A stretch of DNA of 64,000 nt. Source: Desulfomicrobium sp. (GTDB taxonomy: Bacteria; Desulfobacterota; Desulfovibrionia; Desulfovibrionales; Desulfomicrobiaceae). A program made the translations under genes and the position numbers. Positions 57,088 through 64,000 of the stretch are shown here, piece after piece. Each line of letters begins with the position of its first letter. Position 1 is the first letter of the stretch. The notes under the pieces are model-generated. The model was given only the letters and a program-made list of their open reading frames with translations. It did no database searches and was not told where the DNA came from. The DNA lies in NCBI GenBank assembly GCA_040768745.1, contig JAXGMI010000001.1:1728001-1792000 (forward strand). The letters run 5' to 3'.

Positions 57088-58052
57088 CAGGATGTGCACA
57101 TCCCCTCCCGGTCGTTCAGGTTGAACCATTCGGCCCAGGGATGTCCGAGGGCCTTTCCCTGCCAGATATCCTCGTCCTGAAGGCGTTTTTTCACAGCCGC
57201 CAGGAATGTCTGCTTCTCAGCGGCCCAACCCGGGGCCACCAACTCCTCAGCTCTGGGATCGCCGTTCAAACGATGGATCACCATGTCCGGACGAAGCAGG
57301 GACAGCCCGCGAACAAGCCAGGCCAGGGAGCCCTCTCGGGACAGGAGTCTGAGCGTGCCTGAGCGCCATTCTTTTTCCAGAGCGGTTCCGCGGCAGACAA
57401 ACAGGTTATGTATTTTGATTCCGGCCACGGGCAGCATGTTGACAAAGGCCATGGTTTGTTCGAAGTCCGCCAGGACTTCCCCTGGTAGCCCCGTGATGAC
57501 GTGGGCACAGACCTTCAGGCCGCATGCATTGGCCTTTTGTGTCCACGTGGCAAAGCTCTTTGCATCATGCCCACGGTTGATGCGGGCCAATGTCCGGTCA
57601 TTGGCCGATTGCAAGCCCAGATCGAGCCAGATTTCCCCCATCGGGGCTGTCTTCAGGATGTCCAGTTTCTCTTCATCCAGACAATCTGGGCGGGTCCCAA
57701 TGGCCAGTCCGACCAGATCGGGCAGATCCGTAAGTTCCGTGACCAGAGTCCGGAGGCGGGAGGCGGGCCCGTAGGTGTTGGAGAACGACTGCAGATAGGC
57801 CATAAATCTGGCCTGAGGCCTGCGGCGCATGGCGCGTTCCCGCAGGAGCATGTACTGTTCTGCCAGGGAGAGTCCGATTTGGGCCATGCCGGTTCCAGAT
57901 CCGTGCTCGTTGCAGAATGAGCACCCACGGGTGGACAGCGTTCCATCCCGATTGGGACAGGTACTGCCCGCATCAAGAGGAATTTTCTGTATCCTGTGGC
58001 CGAAGCGCCGTTGGAAATAAACCGGCAGTGAGAAGTATCTGTAGGTTGACAT
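57087..58052 (-). CDS. Radical-SAM protein, YhcC/TIGR01212 type
   Basis: TCPNRDG..S..GCSFC, Q.FSNTY, GTRPDC, INRGH, HVI.GLPGE, IKIH.L. Confidence 0.88.
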   Translation of the reverse strand: MSTYRYFSLPVYFQRRFGHRIQKIPLDAGSTCPNRDGTLSTRGCSFCNEHGSGTGMAQIGLSLAEQYMLLRERAMRRRPQARFMAYLQSFSNTYGPASRLRTLVTELTDLPDLVGLAIGTRPDCLDEEKLDILKTAPMGEIWLDLGLQSANDRTLARINRGHDAKSFATWTQKANACGLKVCAHVITGLPGEVLADFEQTMAFVNMLPVAGIKIHNLFVCRGTALEKEWRSGTLRLLSREGSLAWLVRGLSLLRPDMVIHRLNGDPRAEELVAPGWAAEKQTFLAAVKKRLQDEDIWQGKALGHPWAEWFNLNDREGMCTS

Positions 58053-58207
58053 GTCCGGATGTTGAATTTTTGCTGGACCGGAGGTGGTTGCCTGAAGTGT
58101 CCTGTTCTGATACGCGAAAGGGCTTGCTGAACGCCTTTTTTCCTGCTTGGGAGGTCCCTGTCGCGACTCTGTTGCGGCTCAATCTCGGTGAGCCACGTTG
58201 AACATGA

Positions 58208-59263
<1,056 letters not shown>

Positions 59264-59267
59264 AACC

Positions 59268-60245
59268 ATGTCTCCCCGTTTCAAACAGCTGGTTCTCTTT
59301 TTTTTTCTGCCCCTGTTCCTCTATTTCTCCATGTATACATGGAACTGGAAGACAGGACATCTGGATCGTTTCTCCAGTCTGGTCGGTCTTGACTTAGCAG
59401 GATGGATTCTGTCTCCTGGGCGCTGGTTGCAAAGCAATATCGATGAATTCTGGAACCGCTATGTCTATCTCGTCGGAGTCCGCCAAGAGAACGAGGACTT
59501 GACGGCCAGGATCAAGGACCTGGAGACTGAGCTAGCCCGCACTGCCGAAAAGGCCAAGGCTGCCGACCGGTTGACTGCCCTGCTTCGCTTCAACCCTGAA
59601 CCCCCATGGTCCAAGCGTGGATGCAGGGTCATCGGGCAAAAGCTCGGCCCGAATGCGATTCTGGAGACAATGCTCGTTGACGTAGGCTCAGCCCACGGCA
59701 TCCGTTTCAACGACCCGGTGATTTCCACCAAAGGTGTGGTGGGACGCATCGCCAAGCCAGGAGTGCATTATTCTTCGGTTGTGCTCCTTACCGATTTGTC
59801 CAGCCGTGTTCCGGTCTTGACCAGCGATGGGCGTGTGCCAGCCATTCTCCAGGGCCAGGGGCCAGGCGCTTTTCTTGAGGTCAAGTTCATTCCACGCAAC
59901 GATAAGGTCACGCCCGGTGAGGTTCTCCTCACTTCCGGACTGGGCGGTGTTTTTCCCAAAGGAATCCCCGTGGCCCGGGTGGTGGAGGTGACGCCCGCCG
60001 ACGTATCCCTATTCCAGAAGGTGTACGCCGAACCATTGCTTGCCTTGCGTTATTACGAGGAGTTGCTGGTGTTGAGCAGGGACGAGGTCGTGAACGCTAC
60101 GTCGTCTGCCATGGCAGGCGGCAATTCTTCCTCAGTCGTTGCGGCTCAGCCTCCCGGACCAGAGGCGGCCAATGCCTCCGCAAGCACCACCGCGACAACA
60201 AAATCCTCCAACGCTGCCCGCCACGCAGTGCGGAAGAAGCCGTGA
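59268..60245 (+). CDS. mreC: Rod shape-determining protein MreC
   Basis: TM, coiled coil, GVVGRI, TSGLGGVFPKGIPV. Confidence 0.9.
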   Translation: MSPRFKQLVLFFFLPLFLYFSMYTWNWKTGHLDRFSSLVGLDLAGWILSPGRWLQSNIDEFWNRYVYLVGVRQENEDLTARIKDLETELARTAEKAKAADRLTALLRFNPEPPWSKRGCRVIGQKLGPNAILETMLVDVGSAHGIRFNDPVISTKGVVGRIAKPGVHYSSVVLLTDLSSRVPVLTSDGRVPAILQGQGPGAFLEVKFIPRNDKVTPGEVLLTSGLGGVFPKGIPVARVVEVTPADVSLFQKVYAEPLLALRYYEELLVLSRDEVVNATSSAMAGGNSSSVVAAQPPGPEAANASASTTATTKSSNAARHAVRKKP

Positions 60246-60268
60246 CACTGCTTTCGTCCTGATTCGCC

Positions 60269-60748
60269 ATGCCCACCAAAAACACCATTCCGATCTTTTT
60301 CTGGTGGACCGGGTACCTCGTGATCGCTGTCTGGGCCCAGGAACTCTCCGGCGGGCTGGACTTTCTGTCCCCTGGGCTTTTGATCTGCCTGCAATCAAGG
60401 CACTGGTGGAGCGCGGTCTGGCTTGCAGTCTTGTGGGTCCTCATGCAGGAAGGCGTCGGGAATCTTGTCTTCGGTGTATCCATTTTGTTCTACGCCGGCA
60501 TGTTTTTGTTTTTTCTTGTATCCCGCTGGATTCTGGAACCTGAAAACCCATTTTTTGTGATCGCGTTTTCCTTGTTTTTGGCAATCTGGTCCTGGGGTGC
60601 GCTCAATGGTGCAGGAGCCTTCCAGGAACTTGCTGCGCAGTTGCCTGCCTTCGCTCCTTGGGTAGCCAAGCAGTGGGTGGCGTACATGGTTTTTTGGGCC
60701 ATTGCACTGCTTGCATACAGACGCTGGGTTCAACATGGGCGTGTTTGA
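60269..60748 (+). CDS. mreD: Membrane protein, probable MreD
   Basis: 159-aa hydrophobic protein between mreC and mrdA; call rests mainly on synteny. Confidence 0.65.
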   Translation: MPTKNTIPIFFWWTGYLVIAVWAQELSGGLDFLSPGLLICLQSRHWWSAVWLAVLWVLMQEGVGNLVFGVSILFYAGMFLFFLVSRWILEPENPFFVIAFSLFLAIWSWGALNGAGAFQELAAQLPAFAPWVAKQWVAYMVFWAIALLAYRRWVQHGRV

Positions 60749-62528
60749 CTCTCCAAATCGGCCGCAGATATTTTCGGGCCCGCCTCTGCTCCTCCTGCTG
60801 CTGGTTGTCCTTTTTTGCCTTTTTGGCATCCGATTGTGGTATCTGCAAATCTATAAAAGCGAGTTCTATCAGGGCCGAGCCCAGGAAAACAGGACTCGGC
60901 AGAGCACCATGTTTTCTCCCCGGGGAATCATCAGGGACCGGGACGGTGTTCTCCTGGCGGAGAATACCCCAGCCTACGCCCTGGCATTGGTCAGAGAGGA
61001 TTGCCATGACATTCCCGCCACACTTGACCAAGTCAGTCGTTGGACAGGCCAGCCACTGGATGAACTGCAACGGGCTTTCGAGATTGGCCGCAAGCGGATC
61101 AAGCATTTCGACGAACAGGTTATTGTTCCCAACATCCCCTTTGATCTCGTGGCGGTGGTAGAAGCCCATCACCAGGAGTGGCCAGGTTTGACTATTGCCG
61201 TGCGTCCCAAGCGTTCCTATGCCTATGGCCCTGTCCTGGCCCATGTGCTCGGTTACGTGGCCCGGGCCAACGAGGAGGAACTGAACAACGATACTGCTCT
61301 GCAGCTTGGCGACGACGTGGGGAAACAAGGTGTAGAGTTCGTGCTGGAGCGACGCCTGCGGGGAACAAAGGGGCTGGAGGAGTTTGAAGTCGATGCGTCG
61401 GGGCGGGTGTTGTCTTCTCGCATCGTGACCCAGCCCTCCAAGGGAGAGGATTTGAATCTCAGCGTATCCTTGCGCTTACAGACGAAGGCGACCGAGATCA
61501 TGGCCGGCAAGGTCGGATCCGTGGTGGTCATGGACGCCGATTCGGGGCAGGTTTTGGCCTTGGTCAGCGTGCCCAGTTATGACCCCAATGAGTTTGTGGT
61601 TGGCATCGGTCATGCCAAATGGAATGAGCTGCTTGAGGATCCGTTGCATCCACTGCAGAACAGGTCCGTTCAAAGCGCTTATCCTCCGGGTTCTGTCTTC
61701 AAGTTGGTTGTTGCCGGGTTGGCTTTGGACAGCGGGATCATGCATCCATCCACCAAGATTTACTGTTCAGGCAAGTATAAGCTCGGGCAACGGGAATTCC
61801 GTTGTTGGAACAAAGGCGGGCATGGGGCCACGGATTTCAGGAAGTCGCTGCGCGAATCGTGCGATGTCTACTATTACCAGCTTGGGGAGCGCCTCGGCGT
61901 AAGCGCCCTCAGCGACTACGCCATCCGTTCGGGGTTTGGGTCGAAGACGGGTATCGAGTTGCCACATGAACGTGCAGGCAACATACCCTCGGCAGAATGG
62001 AAGATGAAGAGGTTTGGAGAGAAGTGGCAAGGCGGAGAGACCTTGAATTTTGCCATTGGGCAGGGCCATACCTTGACAACGCCATTGCAGATCGCGCGCT
62101 ACGTTTCTTCCTTGATCAACGGGGGGGCGCTGCTTCGCCCAACCTTGCTGCGCTCCCAATCTCCGGATGTGGTGGGAAAATTGCCCATGTCAGCCGCAAC
62201 CAGGAATCTGATTCTCGATGCGATGGTCGCTACGGTGGAGGAAGACCGCGGCACAGCACGTCTCATTCGAAGGCCAGGAATACGTGTTGGCGGTAAGACC
62301 GGCACGGCCCAGGTTGTGAAGCTGATGGACAAGTACGAGAAAAAGGATACCAAGGAGATCCCCTACAAGTACCGGGATCATGCGTGGATGGCCAGCTTTG
62401 CGGAAAAGGACGATCGACGGTATGTCATTGTGGCCATGGTCGAGCACGGAGGACACGGCGGATCAGATGCCGGACCCGTGGTCGGGTCAGTGATCGACGC
62501 GATTTTCAACGAGTCCATGCAGCAGTGA
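60735..62528 (+). CDS. mrdA: Penicillin-binding protein 2
   Basis: RLWYLQI, PRG.I.DR, YPPGSVFK (SxxK), SCD, GKTGTAQ. Confidence 0.93.
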   Translation: MGVFDSPNRPQIFSGPPLLLLLLVVLFCLFGIRLWYLQIYKSEFYQGRAQENRTRQSTMFSPRGIIRDRDGVLLAENTPAYALALVREDCHDIPATLDQVSRWTGQPLDELQRAFEIGRKRIKHFDEQVIVPNIPFDLVAVVEAHHQEWPGLTIAVRPKRSYAYGPVLAHVLGYVARANEEELNNDTALQLGDDVGKQGVEFVLERRLRGTKGLEEFEVDASGRVLSSRIVTQPSKGEDLNLSVSLRLQTKATEIMAGKVGSVVVMDADSGQVLALVSVPSYDPNEFVVGIGHAKWNELLEDPLHPLQNRSVQSAYPPGSVFKLVVAGLALDSGIMHPSTKIYCSGKYKLGQREFRCWNKGGHGATDFRKSLRESCDVYYYQLGERLGVSALSDYAIRSGFGSKTGIELPHERAGNIPSAEWKMKRFGEKWQGGETLNFAIGQGHTLTTPLQIARYVSSLINGGALLRPTLLRSQSPDVVGKLPMSAATRNLILDAMVATVEEDRGTARLIRRPGIRVGGKTGTAQVVKLMDKYEKKDTKEIPYKYRDHAWMASFAEKDDRRYVIVAMVEHGGHGGSDAGPVVGSVIDAIFNESMQQ

Positions 62529-62535
62529 GTCGTCT

Positions 62536-63645
62536 ATGTTCGACAGAAGACTGATTTTTCACATCAATTGGGCCCTCGTTCTCCTGACCGCAGTGCTGTT
62601 CCTGGTTGGGGTTATGAATCTGTATTCCGCCAGCACATTGCGTGTGGCTTCCGGCCTGGAACTGGATGCGTACTTCAACAAGCAACTTTTGTGGGGTGGT
62701 GCCAGCTTTTGCGTAATGACCGCTCTGCTTCTTTTCGACTACCGTCACTTCAAGGCCCTGTCCTGGCCGCTGTTTTTTTTGTCTATTTTCCTCCTGCTGT
62801 GCGTCACCGTGGCCGGGAAGACAATTTACGGAGCTAAGCGCTGGCTTGATTTGGGTTTTTTCAATCTGCAGCCCACAGAACTGGCCAAGGTGGCAGTCTT
62901 GGTCCTTGGCGCCCAACTTATGGCCAGAATGGGGGGGCGGCTTGGCTGGGTCAATTTGGGGAAAACCCTCTTGGTTGGGTTGGTTCCGGCTGCCCTGATT
63001 GTGAAACAGCCTGATTTGGGCTCGGCTCTAAACATTCTGCTTATTCTCGGGGGCATGATTCTGTTCAAGGGGATCACTCCGTCTGTTTTTAAAGTACTCG
63101 TCGTTGCCCTGCCGGGGCTCCTTCCTTTTGGGTGGTTTTTTTTGCACGATTACCAGAAGCAACGGATTTTGACCTTCATGAATCCCGGGAATGATCCCCT
63201 TGGGGCAGGGTATCATATCATTCAATCCCAAATTGCCATCGGTTCAGGAGGATTCTGGGGAAAAGGGTTTTTAGAGGGCACCCAAAGTCAGCTCCGTTTT
63301 CTGCCGGAAAAACATACTGATTTTGCGTTCGCGGTATTCGGCGAGGAGTGGGGCTTCTGCGGCACAATGGTTCTTCTCGCTCTTTTCTGTGCATTCCTGT
63401 ACCAGATTTACATCATTTCCCTGGAAGCAAAAGATGATTTTGGGAGTTACCTCGCTGCCGGAGTCTTCTTTTATTTCTTCTGGCAGATTCTCATCAACAT
63501 GGGCATGGTGCTCGGCATCATGCCCGTTGTGGGAATACCCCTTCCCTTCATCAGTTATGGGGGCAGCGCTTCTGTGGTCAACTTCTGCATGATCGGCATT
63601 GTCCTCAACGTGGCTATGCGCCGATTCGTGTTCAAGAAAGGGTGA
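62536..63645 (+). CDS. rodA: Rod shape-determining protein RodA
   Basis: GAKRW, QPTE.AK, QPDLG, GYHIIQS.IAIGSGG, PEKHTDF, PFISYGGS. Confidence 0.95.
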   Translation: MFDRRLIFHINWALVLLTAVLFLVGVMNLYSASTLRVASGLELDAYFNKQLLWGGASFCVMTALLLFDYRHFKALSWPLFFLSIFLLLCVTVAGKTIYGAKRWLDLGFFNLQPTELAKVAVLVLGAQLMARMGGRLGWVNLGKTLLVGLVPAALIVKQPDLGSALNILLILGGMILFKGITPSVFKVLVVALPGLLPFGWFFLHDYQKQRILTFMNPGNDPLGAGYHIIQSQIAIGSGGFWGKGFLEGTQSQLRFLPEKHTDFAFAVFGEEWGFCGTMVLLALFCAFLYQIYIISLEAKDDFGSYLAAGVFFYFFWQILINMGMVLGIMPVVGIPLPFISYGGSASVVNFCMIGIVLNVAMRRFVFKKG

Positions 63646-63814
63646 ATCGTATGCACAGGAAAACCAGCTGTCCCGATGGATGGATGGATTCCGAAGGCCG
63701 GCCACCAGGATGAAAAGAATCGGAAGGGCGTGCGCTACAAACGTGAAATTCTGAACAAACCTGCGAAATCAAGGCAGTAGCCTGTGTTTTCCTGATGCCT
63801 TGGCCAAAAAGATT

Positions 63815-63843
63815 TTGACACAAAAATAGGAATCAGATAGAGG
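63815..63843 (+). promoter_or_regulatory. Sigma70-type promoter of the atp operon
   Basis: TTGACA-17 nt-TAGAGG, ending 45 nt before the ATG. Confidence 0.65.
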
Positions 63844-63888
63844 CCCTGTGACTTTGAACAAAAATTCACATACTATTTGGGGGGCGGC

Positions 63889-64000
63889 ATGATTGATCTG
63901 GACTACACATTTTTTGTTCAGCTTGTGAACTTTTTGATCATTCTGACGGTTCTGAATCTGATCCTGTACCGTCCTATCCGGGGGATCATCAAAAAGCGGG
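63889..64000 (+). CDS. atpF: ATP synthase F0 subunit b/b' (5' part; runs off the window)
   Basis: MIDLDYTFFVQLVNFLIILTVLNLILYRPIRGIIKKR...; not in the ORF track. Confidence 0.85.
   Translation, partial: MIDLDYTFFVQLVNFLIILTVLNLILYRPIRGIIKKR

Overview
High-GC core chromosomal segment of about 70 genes, most consistent with a sulfate-reducing deltaproteobacterium of the Desulfovibrionales/Desulfomicrobium type. This is an inference from rubrerythrin, the mreB-mreC-mreD-mrdA-rodA-atpF gene order and protein styles. Housekeeping content includes aspA, hrcA-grpE, rfbBD, trmL, cbiB, tRNA-Val(CAC), proC, ndk, envC-ctpA, prmA, a polar amino-acid ABC transporter, argD, dut, glgP, tlyA, trmH, aroC, rubrerythrin, two Hsp20s, mutM, trmI, rne/rng, queH, hemW, a DEAD-box helicase, and the cell-shape cluster. 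No integrase, transposase, prophage or CRISPR array was seen. Items the ORF track misses or mis-calls: (1) a 78-aa SelW/Rdx-family selenoprotein at 5815-6051 (-) with an in-frame UGA in a CxxU motif and a SECIS-like hairpin; (2) a CDF (DmeF-like) metal exporter coupled to a His-bearing, AdcR-like MarR regulator, with three TTTGA-Nn-TCAAA boxes over its promoter; (3) a GAF/degenerate-GGDEF/PilZ c-di-GMP receptor; (4) an MBL hydrolase split at a G8 run and a triple-frameshifted GNAT pseudogene; (5) a scaffold-less RNase E/G co-oriented with a DEAD-box helicase carrying a long Arg/Lys-patched disordered tail; (6) the partial genes rbbA and atpF at the window edges. All family calls are by eye from motifs; no database searches were run.
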